This document shows positions 51,527 through 64,000 of a stretch of DNA of 64,000 bases, in pieces. Origin of the DNA: Malacoraja senta (taxonomy: Eukaryota). The notes under the pieces were generated by a model that did no database searches, was not told the origin of the DNA, and saw only the letters and a program-made list of their open reading frames with translations. Both the position numbers and the translations under genes were made by a program. Within the stretch, counting starts at the first letter, position 1, and each line of letters starts with the position of its first letter. The DNA lies in contig CM075992.1 of the NCBI GenBank assembly GCA_038087875.1, positions 8,682,001 through 8,746,000 on the forward strand. Reading direction: 5' to 3'.

Positions 51527-51856
51527 TATGTTCCCGATGTTGGGGGAGTCCAGAACCAGGGGCCACAGTTTGAGAATAAGGAGTAAGTCATTTAGAACGG
51601 AGACGAGGAAACACTTTTTCTCACAGAGAGTGGTGAGTCTGTGAAATTCTCTGCCTCAGAGGGCGGTGGAGGCCGGTTCTCTGGATACTTTGAAGAGAGA
51701 GCTAGATAGGGCTCTTAAAGATAGAGGAGTCAGGGGATATGGGGAGAAGGCAGGAACAGGGTAATGAATGGGGATGATCAGCCATGATCACATTGAATGG
51801 CGGTGCTGGCTCGAAGGGCCGAATGGCCTACTCCTGCACCTATTGTCTATTGTCTA
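51527..51856 (+). mobile_element. CR1 LINE 3' fragment
   Basis: MFPMLGESRTRGHSLRIR... followed by the 3' tail. Confidence 0.85.
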
Positions 51857-54800
51857 TTAATCAAGCTTGTCATTCAGATCAATCATAAACCATGCCACAG
51901 AGCGGCATACGAGGATTGGGAAAATTGCAGACATACTGTAAACACTGCTACATTAAAGGCATGCCTGAGTGCACCTGCAAACGCCTAGCCTCTAGGCTGC
52001 TCTGGATGAAATAAGATACCTGCAGCAAGCGACATGGCAAAGGCAGAGGGACTAGGAAAAAAGGAACATCTTATACACGACGAAAAGCAATACATTTCTG
52101 TCCACATTCCCATACTACACAGCCGAGGGTAATGGTTTGACTATCAGACTGTGTAACAGACTGGAGCTACTGAGCCCAACAGCACAGCTAAGATGTACTA
52201 TTAAACATCCAATTGAGTGTGACTGACATTAGTTTTGTCCAAGAAATAACTGCAGATGCTGGAAAAATCGAAGGTAGACAAAAATGCTGGAGAAACTCAG
52301 CGGGTGAGGCAGCATCTACGGAGTCGAGACCCGAAACGTCACCTTTTCCTTCGCTCCATAGATGCTGCCTCACCCGCTGAGTTTTTCCAGCATTTGACTA
52401 CCTTTAGTTTTGTCCATTCACCCTGCAGGTAAGAATTGTCCTCAGCCAGTTGAAAAATAATCATTCTGCGTTTAACGGTATTGTTTTCTATTTGTTGGTG
52501 ATTTATCAGTTTAGTTTAGTTTAGAGATACAGCGCGGAAACAGGGCCTTTGGCCCACCAGGTCCGCGCTGACCAGCGAGCACTAGCGCTCTCCTGATCGC
52601 CAGGGACAACCCTGGGTTGGCAACATAGTGACTTTAAATCCCTCTCGACGTTTTAGCAAAAATCCAAAATGTACTTCCTTCACCCTATGAACGTGGATTT
52701 GTATTTCTTGACCTCAACATAAAGAGATTAATTTTAACACAAGACATTTAAACAGATTTATGGATAGGATGGGTTGAGAGGATTATGGGACAAATGCAGG
52801 CAACTGAGGCATGCCCAGAATTTGGTCAGATTGGTGGGCCGAAGGGCCTGTTTCTGTGCTGAAGAATGGAAGGGTCCACATTTTTTAGTTTTAAAAGGGC
52901 GGCACAGTGGTGCAGCGGTAGAGTTGCTGTCTTACAGCACCAGAGACCCGGGTTCAATCCGGACTAAGGGTGCTGTCTGTACATTCTCCCAGGGACCATA
53001 TAGGTTTCCTCCGGGTGCTCCGGTTTCCTCCCACCCTCCAAAGACGTACAGGTTTGTAGGTTAATTGACTTTGGTTTAAAAAAAAAATTTAAATTGCCCC
53101 TAGTGTGTGTAGGATAGTGCTAGCGATCGCTGGTCGGCGTGGACTCGGTGGGCCGAAGGACAATAGACAATAGGTGCAGGAGTAGGCCATTTGGCCCTTC
53201 GAGCCAGCACCGCCATTCAATGCGATCATGGCTGATCATCCCCAATCAGTACCCCGTTCCCGCCTTCTCCCCATATCCCCTGACTCCGCTATATTTAAGA
53301 GCCCTATCTAGCTCTCTCTTGAAAGCATCCAGAGAACCTGCCTCCACCGCCCTCGGAGGCAGAGAATTCCACAGACTGTGGAATGTGGACTGTGGACACA
53401 AGGGCCTGTTTCCGCGCTGTATCTCTAAAGTCTAAAGACTTTCCCCCTTCTTACACCTCACAAGGTTTACTGTCAGTGTTTACCTAAACTCTAGGTATCG
53501 CTTATCTGTTCAAACTTCTACAAGATGTGGTGATGCCCACAAGATCAGGAACTAATGCTCCACTCTAATTAGGCTCGAGCTATCTGGTCTGTTTGTGACT
53601 GAGTGATTTCACATCAAAGTTACCACACGGTGTGGGTCTGAAGCAATCAATAAGCCCGACCCAGCAAAGACATCGGGCTTCATTTCTTGACGGGAAATTA
53701 ATGACTAGATGGCGTGTTCTAACAATTTGGTCATTTTAAAATCATCACTAATGCAACTTTCCCCCAGACAAGAAAACTGGTTTCATTTCCCTGGCTGTCG
53801 TGCTGAAATTTGAACTCTAGCATCCCAATTATCCATCCAAGATCCTGCGTTACTGACCAAGATTTATTGTGTGGGAAGGAACTGCAGATGCTGGTTGAAA
53901 CTGAAGATAGACACAAAAAGCTGGAGTAACTTGGCAGGTCAGGCAGCGTCTCTGGAGAAAAGGAATAGGTGACATTTTGGGTCAAAACCCCTCTGAAGAA
54001 GATCATAAGGGTCTGGCAGATCTGTTCCCATAACCAACTTTGTGGGCTGGTATCTGAGCGGGACAGGCAGCATCTCTGGAGAGAAGGAATGAGTGACTTT
54101 CGGCTCAGTCTGAAGAAGGGTCTCAACTTGAAACGTCACCCATTCCTTCTCTCCAGAGATGTTGCCTGTCCCACTGAGTTACTTCAGCAATTTGTGTCTA
54201 TCTTTCATTAGATTTCCAGATGTGCTCAGCAATCTAAAATTTTTTTTTCTGTGGTTCGGGATTGACATTTTTCCTGGTATGTTGCAAGGCAGCAAGCCCA
54301 AGATCGGGTGGGTCCACCAGTTAAAGATCACTGCCAGTCAATACAAAGCATCCGGGAGTCTGAAGAAGGGTTTCGGCCCGAAACGTTGCCTATTTCCTTC
54401 GCTCCATAGATGCTGCCGCACCCGCTGAGTTTCTCCAGCATTTTTGTCTACCTTCGATTTTCCAGCATCTGCAGTTCCTTCTTGAACAAAGCATTCCCAT
54501 GACACCTCCACAAGCCTGTTAGAGTGATCTTTGGCAGAGACCCAGTCACGTTTTCTCAAAGGCTGACTGGAAGATTTGCCACACGTTACCCATTTGTAGG
54601 CATTCTAGTTATTGCCAAGGCAACAACATCCATTTTGTGCTTCAGACCATTTTGCAGCACGAATCACCTTGACCAGATTGCTCTCATCACAATGTGAGAG
54701 AAGGAACTGCAGGTGCTGGTTTATACCGAAGATAGACACAAACTGCTGGAGTAACGCAGCGGGACAGGCAGCATCTCTGGAGAAAAGGAATAGACGACAT

Positions 54801-57204
54801 TTTGGGTCGAGACCCTTCATGTCTGATGATGATGGAGGGTCTCGACTCAAAACGTCGCCTATTCCTTTTCTCCAGAGATGCTGCATAACCCTGAGTTACT
54901 CCAGCATTTTCTGTCTAACTTCTTTGCGATCATCACAAAAGGTGTGTGTGTCCCCCGGGACCAATACAATCTGGCTAAACGAAAGCCTTCATCTCAGAGA
55001 GGCGACCCCAGGGTCGGACATGGGACTTGATACCAGTCAGGCAATCGGGTACAAGTTATTGCCTTCCCTCACATCGCAGAGCTGGGTAGAAAACAATACA
55101 AGGGGTTTGCAGGATGGACAAAACGTGCCCTTTATCATGACAACATTGCAAAGCAAGCAGGGCTGGAGAGTTCCAGCGTAGGATGAGCCGACTTACTTTC
55201 TAGCTTCAAGCTGAAAAGCAATATCTGTAGTAACTTGACGTCTAGTCCCCAACTTCAATCCCTTGATCTTTTCTCTACTTTGCTGCTGAATCTGAGCGTT
55301 TTGAGGCCTGATGCAGGTCTTCACTACACAACTATTAACACACCTACACAGAGAGGGTTGCAATTTATATTCCTTCTCAGGAGCAAACTCATCGGCTTAA
55401 ATTCATGGCGTCCTCCACCAAACAACAAATATAAATCTGCTTTACATTTCAATAACATTAAAGCACACAATTGTCGGTCTCTACTCGAGTAACGGCCCTC
55501 AGTGGCAAGAGTCCTGGCCCGGTGCGGAACAGGGAAAGGGGGAAGGAGCTAAAACGAAGAATAAGTCAGGGTTTCATGACGTGAAAATCATATAGAAACA
55601 GGCTCATGTTCAGCTGCAGTGCCCAACTTTAAATAGTCTGTCAGAGTTCCCTGCTCTCAGAGAATGACCAGTGGCACAGTACTGGAGAGGAATCTCGACT
55701 CCCAACCGAACACGGGTATGAGTCGGTGTTAATGAGTGGCCTAAGCTAAACGGTAAGGAAATTAGAAATAATTTGACATTCTTAGCCCGCAAGGTTTCAG
55801 CAAGTTTACAAACACACGCAGTGAGAATCGTGGCTGTTGAGTTGGTTTTTAGACGAGTGCTTTGCAACGTGCCTTGTGAATTTGACTGGGCCAGAAAGTT
55901 GGTAACAGATTTAAAACTGAAGAGCTGAGAACAGTTTGATACGGTTGCATAATTTGCTGGGCCAATTCCAAGGAGCACTGAGATCCAGCCAAAAATAATT
56001 TCATTACATGAAAGAGCATTAGCACAACTTTTAATTAAAAAAAAACACGCGATGGTGCACGGTCACCTGGCAGTTTAATTGGCGTAAATACTCACTTTTC
56101 ATCCCAGTTTTAAAATACCACCAGCAAATGGTGGGTCGGTGCCTCACTTAATCCAGACAAAATTACCAGAGCGCACTCGAAATCTCCCCTGGAAGTCCCC
56201 CCAAAAAATGTGGTCTTAGGTCAGGTGAGGCAGCCGACCTCGACCTCACCGGGACCTCCGCGGCCGATCAGCGGGTTGAATTTGTCTCCTGCAGCCGCGG
56301 CTCTGGTGCTCTGGCCAGACGGATATGTTCCCACGGCCATCCGGCAAAACAGATAAATGGAAAGGCTCAGGAACCGAGGGTGCTGTGAAAAACGGCGGTG
56401 GGCCTGTACTGAATTTAAATTTCCCCACCCTCATGGAGGCAATTAAACCTCTGCACCCTGACCAGTGGTGAAACCTCTAGATTACCACTAGTACCGAATA
56501 CTGTGACGTACCACTACTGTAATGCTATCCTAACCTGGCCATAATATATGCTGGTGGCTACTGTTGGTGTGTGTTTCATTTTGGATGAAGAGCCAATAGA
56601 TTATGAATTACAGGTTTTGTTCATTAACCATTAGATTTGGAAGCCAAATCGTCAGAATTAGAAAATATTTCTAAACAATGGCATTTTGTCGGATGCAAGT
56701 GTGGTCAAATAGGGTAAATATGATTGGGTCAGTGTAACTGGAAAGAGATTGCAGAGTAACTTAAGTATACGTTCAATGCCTTAAAGGACAAAGCATGAAC
56801 GGACCTTCAAAATGGAGATTTTGAATGGAATTTCTTTAGCCAGAGGATGGTGAATTTGTGGAATTCATTGCCACAGACAGCTGCGATGGACAAGACATTG
56901 GCTGTTTTTAAGGCAGGTTCCTGGTTAGGAAGCGAGTCAAAGGTTATGGGGAGAGGGCAGAAGAATAAGATTGAGAAGGAAAAATAGATCAGCGATCATT
57001 GAATGGCAGAGTAGACTCAATAGGCTAAATGACCCAATTCTGTTCCTGTGTCTTATGCTCTTGTCTTTTTGCACTATTATTGTTTGTTTGCTTTTCATGC
57101 GTGTGCTTGTGTGTGTACGCACTGAACTTTTTTTCCCAAAGTTTATTATATTGTTTACAGTTTACATGTTTAAGAAGGAACTGCAGATGCTGGAATATCG
57201 AAGG

Positions 57205-57413
57205 TGGACAAAAATGCTGGAGAAACTCAGCGGTTGAGGCAGCATCTATGGAGCGAAGGAAATAGGCAACGTTCCGGGTCGAAACCCTTCTTCAGACTGA
57301 TGTGTCTGAAGTCACACATCAGTCTGAAGAAGGGGTTCGACCCGAAACGTTGCCTATTTCCTTCGCTCCATAGATGCTGCCTCACCCGCTGAGTTTCTCC
57401 AGCATTTTTGTCT
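57205..57413. repeat. Inverted pair of Penelope terminal repeats forming a hairpin with ~100-bp arms and two hammerhead motifs
   Basis: Arms meet at gactgatgtgt-ctgaagtc-acacatcagtc; the + strand core CTGAAGA...GAAACGTT lies at 57324-57351. Confidence 0.85.
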
Positions 57414-57865
57414 ACAGTGTTTACATATTGTGTTGTGCTGCTGCAAGTAAGAATTTCATTGTCCTATCTGGGACAGATGACAATAAAACACTTATTATAG
57501 TCTAAGCAGAATGGGGCTGAATCGATCGTTTATTCTAAATGCCATCACAAACTAGCAATTGATCTCCTTCTGACAAGGAAGAAATTGGACATTGAGACGA
57601 AGTTGTGCTAGACAGAAGGTTCTCAGTCATGCTATGGTTAGCTGCAGTAGTGGTTTATCACAATGCAACAGGCCCAGAGAAGATCCAGCAGCACATTAGG
57701 AGTAAGAACAGCGTCAGCATTTTTACAAAATGTTATCAAATGAGCCAGGAGAGTGAGTGAGCTGAAAATATTAATTTAATTAATTTTAACGTACCGCATG
57801 TCACACAAATGATTTTTTTTTTAAATGATGACTTTTTAAGTGAAACATTGACATATAAAAGTTAC

Positions 57866-58107
57866 CTTGTAGAAGTGGAAGGCCTTTCAAAGAGAGCTCA
57901 GTCATAGTTCTCCTGAGTTGATCCCAATCTAAAGATTTTGAAATAGTGCACATTTAGTGAAAATACTTCAATGGTTGGCAAAGTGCTGGCAATATCTGAA
58001 GTTTCTGGTGAATCAGCATCGCTATAAAATGCTGTCACATCCTTGAAAGAAGTCTCAGTGTTTGGACCAGAATTCATGCAATAATTTCTTTCGGCTTTCA
58101 TACACAA
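57866..58107 (-). CDS. Candidate upstream exon of the STPR gene (ATG at 57953 or 57905; MTELSLKGLPLLQ)
   Basis: ctgtag acceptor and caag|gtaac donor; the phase-1 end matches the phase-1 acceptor at 50993. Confidence 0.5.
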
Positions 58108-58159
58108 CTACAGATAACAACTATGGTACAATATTGCAGTAGTTCCTAAGACTAACTTT

Positions 58160-58645
58160 GTTTACATTTCGGAAAAAATCAGGAGTGATATTGTTGAACC
58201 CTTGGTTAAATTTGATAAGACTTGGGGAAGATTTATTCAACATTTTCACACAACATAAATTGCTCCCTCTCCAACCGTTATAAAAATTATTTAACCTTTA
58301 TATGGTGGAACAGACTTGACGACAAACAGGGACTTAAATTGTTGAAATTCTCAGCTCAGATTCTGTTTTGCTTTCTTTGTTTTTCTAGTTTAGGGGGGTT
58401 TTGTTTCTTCCTTTTTTCTTTTTAACTTTTTTTTACATACATAAGTTTTCTTTTAAACATTTAACTATATTTACATAGAGGTCTAAATTCAATGTGTATT
58501 TTGACACTGGACTCATATTTAGGTTATACCTGTTATTAATGTAACCCTGATCCCTATATATCAATATCATTGTTATGTTTATCATTATTCTTTTTGTTTT
58601 GTTTTTTGCTTTTGGAGAAAAAATGAATAAAAAGATTTTAAAAGA
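58160..58645 (+). mobile_element. Short 5'-truncated L1 3' end
   Basis: EKIRSDIVEPLVKFDKTWGRFIQHF* ORF2 terminus, T-rich UTR, AATAAA; TSD AAGACTAACTTT at 58148-58159 and 58646-58657. Confidence 0.8.
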
Positions 58646-59274
58646 AAGACTAACTTTAAGGATGAGTTAGCAGTCAGCATATTAATTCTGTAGGAACACC
58701 TGATGCTGGTTTAAACCAAAGATAGACACAAAATGCTGGAGAAACTCAGGGGGGGTCAGACAGCATCTCTGGACAAAAGGAACTGGTGACGTTTTGGGTC
58801 GAGACCCTCTTCTGAAGAAGTCACCTATTCCTTTTCTCCATAGATGCTGTCTGACCCGTTGAATTACTCCAGCTTTTTGCGTCTATCTTTAGACTATTAA
58901 TAGTGCACCTTTAAGTTACAAGCATTTCAAAAATTACTTCTTAAAGTAGACAGAAGCTCAGTCTGAAGGGTCTCGACCCGTAATGTCACCCATTCCTTCT
59001 CTCCAGAGATGCTGCCTGTCCCGCTGAGTTACTCCAGCATTTTGTGTCTATCTTAACTCTTAGAAACTGTTTTTAATGGTCCATAACTCTTAGAATTACA
59101 AATTTGCAAAATGGATGACAGCAAGCCTTCCACTGCAAAGAAAAATGGAAAACCCACAATAATAGTGCATATTAATATCAGGAATCAAGCTTTATTTTCT
59201 TCCTCTGCTTACTAAATATTCCCGAGACTCTGCACCATAAAAATCTGGCTTGTTATTTTTTTAAAGTTTATTTT

Positions 59275-59583
59275 TAGTGTAGAGATATAGCGCGGAAACA
59301 GGCCCTTCGGCCCACCGGGTCCGCGCCGACCAGCGATCCCCGCACACTAACACTGTCCTACACCCACTAGAAACAATTTTTACATTTACCAAGCCAATTA
59401 ACCTACAAACCCGTACGTCTTTGGAGTGTGGAAGGAAACCGAAGATATCGGAGAAAACCCACGCAGGTCACGGGGAGAACGTACAAACTCCGTACAGACA
59501 GCGCCCGTAGTCGGGATCGAACCCGAGTCTCCGGCTGCATTCGCTGTAAGGCAGCAACTCTACCGCTGCGCCAATGTGACCGC
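59275..59583 (-). mobile_element. V-SINE (HE1-like)
   Basis: Full copy. Confidence 0.9.
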
Positions 59584-60194
59584 CCTTTTGCTTTACGAAA
59601 TGCAGAAGTCACCTGTGCCATCTTCCCAAGTCACCAGTGCACTCTTCACAACCATCTACCCATGCCCCAACACCAACCACATTCTGCTCCGGCACTCGGT
59701 GGGCGGTGGATGGCTCTGTAGTTGCTGGTCGCCCTCCAATACTCCACCCAAGCGCTACGATTTCTGGGGCATAAGCAGCACGTTTGGCTACGGGAAGCAT
59801 CACGGTTGTACCCAATTATGGCCAATCTGACGTTCCGTACCTTGGGTGAAGTACGGAAGGGCCACTGGCACTTGTGGAACCATACCCCAGCAGGTGGCAG
59901 CCCCTGCAGGAAAAGCAGGAAGAAAATTGACGGGGCACCAATAAAAAGTTTGAAAACACAGTCTCTATTGCTCAGCACCCTCACCCTCCAGATATCAATA
60001 ATTCCGACTGCTTCAAAACGTCAACAGCCAGAACAGATCGACAAAGTACATGGGGAATACACTTGGCGGGAGAAAAACAGGCAATATATGGTGGGATTCC
60101 ATGGCATGCAGATTAACAGATCAATCTTCGATTGTACAGCACAGATTCCCGAAGGTAACAAGATATTTAATTGAGTGAACCAGCATTCTGGATT

Positions 60195-60712
60195 CTCCAT
60201 TACCATGGGATAGAATACAAATGCAGGGAGATTATTCTTGAATTGTATAGATTATTGTTTAGGCTGCAGCTAGACACAATGCCGCTCTCAGTATCCTGTG
60301 CTCCAAGGAATAAAGTCCAAGTCTGCCCAACCTCTCTCCGGCCTTCATGTCTTGGTAATATCCTCATAAATCTTCTCTGTACTCTTTCCAGCTTAATGGG
60401 TTCTTGCCTATAGCAGGGGGACCAAAACTGAACACAATACCCCAAATGCAGCCTCACTAACATCATGCACAACTGTATCACGATGCCTCAAATTCGGTAC
60501 TCAATACCACGACGAATGAAGGGCAACGTGCCTAAAGCCATCTTCACGACCCAATCTGTGACGCCACTTTCATCGACACGTGATGGTTCTGCCCTGATTT
60601 GACTTATCTCGTATTTATCTGCATTCAACTCCATCAGCCATTCTTCAGACCACTTGCCCAACTGATCAAGATGCCACTGCAATTCTTGACAACCGTCCGC
60701 ACTATCTACCAC
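60195..60712 (-). mobile_element. Old CR1 LINE fragment
   Basis: LQ..LD.L.KW.EEWLM.LN..K and LVR.HL.YCVQFWSP motifs. Confidence 0.8.
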
Positions 60713-61380
60713 CTACTTGTGAAAAGTTTATTCTTATTTGTATTGATTGTGGCTCTAAATGATTAGTAGAATCAAACATCCATTATTGCATCAAATATTC
60801 TGCTTGCATTTGGTCAACCGCTCTTATTCTGATTCTATACACTAGGATGAAAAATTGATTCATAGAAAGTTAAAGGACGCAGCTGTTACAAATGCTGCCC
60901 AGAGACCTGGGTTCAATCTTGACCTCAGGTGTTGCCTGTGTGGAGTTTGCATGATGCTCCTGTGTCCAGGAGTGCCCTGGTTTCCTCCCACTTTTCGAAG
61001 ATGTGTGGATTTGTAGGTTAATTGGCCTCTATAAAATGTCGCTAATGTCGGGAGTGGATGCAAAAAGAGAATAACATAGAACTAGTGTGAACGGGTGATT
61101 GATGGGCGGCGTGGGTTTGGTTGGTCAAAGTGCCTGTTTCCATGCTGTATCTTTCAATCAATCACTGTTTAAGTTTCTGAAGTTCTTGTAATTGTTGCAG
61201 AGATAGATAGATTCTTGATTAGTATGGGTGTCGAAGGTTATGGGGAGAAGGCAGGAGAATGGGGTTAGGAGGGAGAGATAGATCAGCCATGATTAAATGG
61301 TGGAGTAGACTTGATGAGCCAAATGGCCTAATTCTACTCCGATCAGTTATAAATCACTTAGAACATTTGAAACCTTGTTT

Positions 61381-62060
61381 ATCAGTCAATTAAAGTAAGC
61401 ATGCAGGTACAGCAGGCAGTGAAGAAAGCGAATGGCATGTTGGCGTTCATAACAACAGGAGTTGAGTATAGGAGCAAAGAGGTCCTTCTGCAGTTGTATT
61501 GGGCCCTCGTGAGACCACACCTGGAGTATTGTGTGCAGTTTTGGTCCCTTAATTTGAGGAAGGACATTATTGCTATTGAGGGAGTGCAGCGTAGGTTTAC
61601 AAGGTTAATTCCCGGGATGGCAGGACTGTCATGTGCTGAGAGAACGGAGCGGCTCGGCCTGTATACGCTGGAGTTTAGAAGGATGAGAGGGAATCTTATT
61701 GAAACATATAAGATTATTAAGGGTTTGGACACACTAGAGGCAGGAAACATGTTCCCGATGTTGGGGGAGTCCAGAACCAGGGGCCACGGTTTCATAATAA
61801 GGGGTAAGCCATTTAGAACGGAGATGAGGAAACACTTTTTCACACAGAGAGTTGTGAGTGTGTGGAATTCTCTGCCTCAGAGGGCTGTGGAGGCTGGTTC
61901 TCTGGATACATTCAAGAGAGAGCTAGGTAGGGCTCTTAAAGATAGCAGTCAGGGGATATGGGGAGAAGGCAGGAACGGGGTACTGATTGGGGACGATCAG
62001 CCATGATCACATTGAATGGCGTTGCTGGCTCGAAGGGCCTACTCCTGCACCTATTGTCTG
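61381..62060 (+). mobile_element. CR1 LINE 3' fragment
   Basis: ORF 61401-62006: KKANGMLAFI...EYRSKEVLLQLY. Confidence 0.9.
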
Positions 62061-62188
62061 TAACAATATAGGAACCAAATAGGATGGAGCTTTCAACATT
62101 CTTTATTCTTTACTGGAATAGGTGGAATGAGATAGAACATTTGAAACCAGCTCCCTTTGCGCACTGCAGTCCGTGCGATACCATAGCT

Positions 62189-62406
62189 CAAGGGTTCCCA
62201 ATCTGGGGGGGGAGGTAAATTTTGCCTTCGCAGGGGGTAAATTTATTGATTGTGGATTTGTACAAATTTTTTCTCATTGACTGACTGTGTTTGGTTCTGG
62301 TATACCGGTATCCGTTCATCATTAGTTGTTCATAAAGAAGTGAAATAACTTCTCGTGCTATTAAAGTTGCCAGGAGTAAATGGGATGAAAAAGGTTGGGA
62401 ACGCTG
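62189..62406. mobile_element. hAT (Charlie-like) MITE
   Basis: CAAGGGTTCCCAA / TTGGGAACGCTG TIRs; 8-bp TSD CCATAGCT at 62181-62188 and 62407-62414. Confidence 0.8.
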
Positions 62407-63116
62407 CCATAGCTGGACAGCATTCGATTAGAATCCAGTTGACTCATTTCCCAAGCACTATCGTACAATTTCCAGGAAGTCAGAAAGAGGCATCCCCATG
62501 GCTTCCTCGATCTTCTTCCCATCCTCTTTCATTAAAGGCAGTGGTACATAATGACTTTCAAAGTAGGAAATGCAGATCTATTGAAAGAGTCTTTCTAATC
62601 AGTGTGAAGTGACCTGTACATCAGGATCAAGGCATATTTTGCCTTGCACATGCTATGTTTTAGAATGGTTTCCTATGGAAGCCACAGTCAAACTCTCTCC
62701 TCTCCTCCCCCCACCCCCCCCTACACCTCCCATCTCCATGCACCCAAAAGAATATTAATAGAGATAGATTGTACAAAACACAGGTATTCACATTGTTCCA
62801 TTGCGCAGTGGATTTGTCTTAGTATCTAGACATTGTTAGAGATGTTAAAGGTCTTACCACAAAGAAAAGGATGTCCATTTGAAGACAGCTCATTCATACT
62901 TCTTCAGGGAGAATCCTGTTTCTACAAAGAAAAGCGCTGAAATATTACTTCTTACAATGCAAATGGCCACCTGAACTAATTTTAAATCGCGACAAAAACA
63001 TGGATTTCAACAAAAGGTGTAGCATCGCAAAAGGGCCTGCTCCACAATGTGACTTTCAACACTTGGTTAAGTAATTGACCGGATAACATAGTCCAGAGTA
63101 GACACAGGGACACACG

Positions 63117-63395
63117 TCACAGTGGCGCTGTGGTAGAGTTGCTGCCTTACAGTGCCAGAGACTCCGATTCCATCCTGACTACAGGTGCCATCTATACGGA
63201 GTTTGTTCGCTCTCCCCGTGAGTTCTCTCCGGTGTCCTCCCACACTCCAAAGACGTACAGGTTTGTAGGTTAATTGGCTTGATATAACTGTAAATTGTCC
63301 GTTGTGTGTGTAGGATAGTGTTAGTGTGTGGTGATCACTGGTCGGTGCGGACTTGGTGGGCCAAAGGGCCAGACTCCATGCCGTATCTCTGAGAC
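63117..63395 (+). mobile_element. V-SINE (HE1-like)
   Basis: Head, V-domain and tail are present. Confidence 0.8.
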
Positions 63396-63726
63396 TAAAA
63401 CAGCAGATGCTGGTTTACACACAAAAAAAAAAGTATTTGAGAACTCAGCAGGTAATATAGTATCTCTGGGGGACATGGATAGGTGACGTTTCCCTTCTGA
63501 GGGTATGAAGACGGATCTCGACCTGAAACACCGCTTATCCGTGTTCTCCAGAGTTGCCGCCTCACCTGCTGAGTTCTCCAGCACTGTGTTTTTTACACAA
63601 GACAGTTAACAGTAACTACTCTTCAAAGAGACATCGTTGGTTGCAAACCTTTCAAGGGCACGTACAAAATTAAAAATAGCCCTCAATATAAATGCAAGTT
63701 TTTAAAAATATCATATTGCAGTGTTA

Positions 63727-64000
63727 TAGTCCTGTCCCACGGTGCGAGTTCATTCCAAGAGCTCTCCCGAGTTTTAAAAAAATCAAACTCGTGGTAAGCA
63801 CGGAGAATGAACGTAGCTGGTACGTCGGAGCTCGGGGACGTCTCTTAGCGCTAACGGCAGGTACTCGGGAAGACTCGCTAACGGCAGGTAAGCACGGGAA
63901 GACTCGTAAAGATTTTTCAACATGTTGAAAAATGTCCACGAGAGCCCCGAGTACCGACGAGTGGCCATTCCCGTAAATCTCCGAGTTCGAATCAGGGCAA
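63727..64000. mobile_element. Second copy of the Harbinger-type MITE, cut by the window edge
   Basis: Near-identical to 12853-13126 and preceded by TTA. Confidence 0.9.

Noticed and set aside
55197..55210. 14-nt micro-exon on the - strand (cag|...|gtaagt)
   Set aside because: Splice-like motifs only; it would shift the STPR frame, and there is no other support.

Overview
Repeat-dense vertebrate genomic DNA. The V-domain tRNA-SINE/CR1 pair and the L1, Rex1, Penelope and DIRS content point to a cartilaginous fish such as a skate or ray (inference). The + strand carries most of an adhesion GPCR of the ADGRE (EMR/CD97) family: 13 candidate exons, 4224-27390, running from the stalk/GAIN region through 7TM to the stop codon. 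Its GPS exon lacks the CxCxHL|S/T-FAxLM cleavage/Stachel half, and one intron appears to use a GC donor. The - strand carries a convergent spliced gene whose last exon (50993-50269) encodes at least six perfect-length 23-aa STPR-type repeats. Mobile DNA includes a structurally complete but decayed DIRS element (36140-41293, with ITRs and ICR), a 5'-truncated L1 with 12-bp TSD, hAT and Harbinger MITEs, an Academ-like TAG...CTA element with GC-rich cargo, and an RTE-derived short element. A Penelope GIY-YIG 3' end carries a terminal repeat with a minimal hammerhead-ribozyme core, and this repeat is scattered across the window in many copies, often as palindromic pairs. Most other long ORFs in the track are artefacts of simple repeats. 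All family assignments come from recognising motifs by eye; no database search was run.
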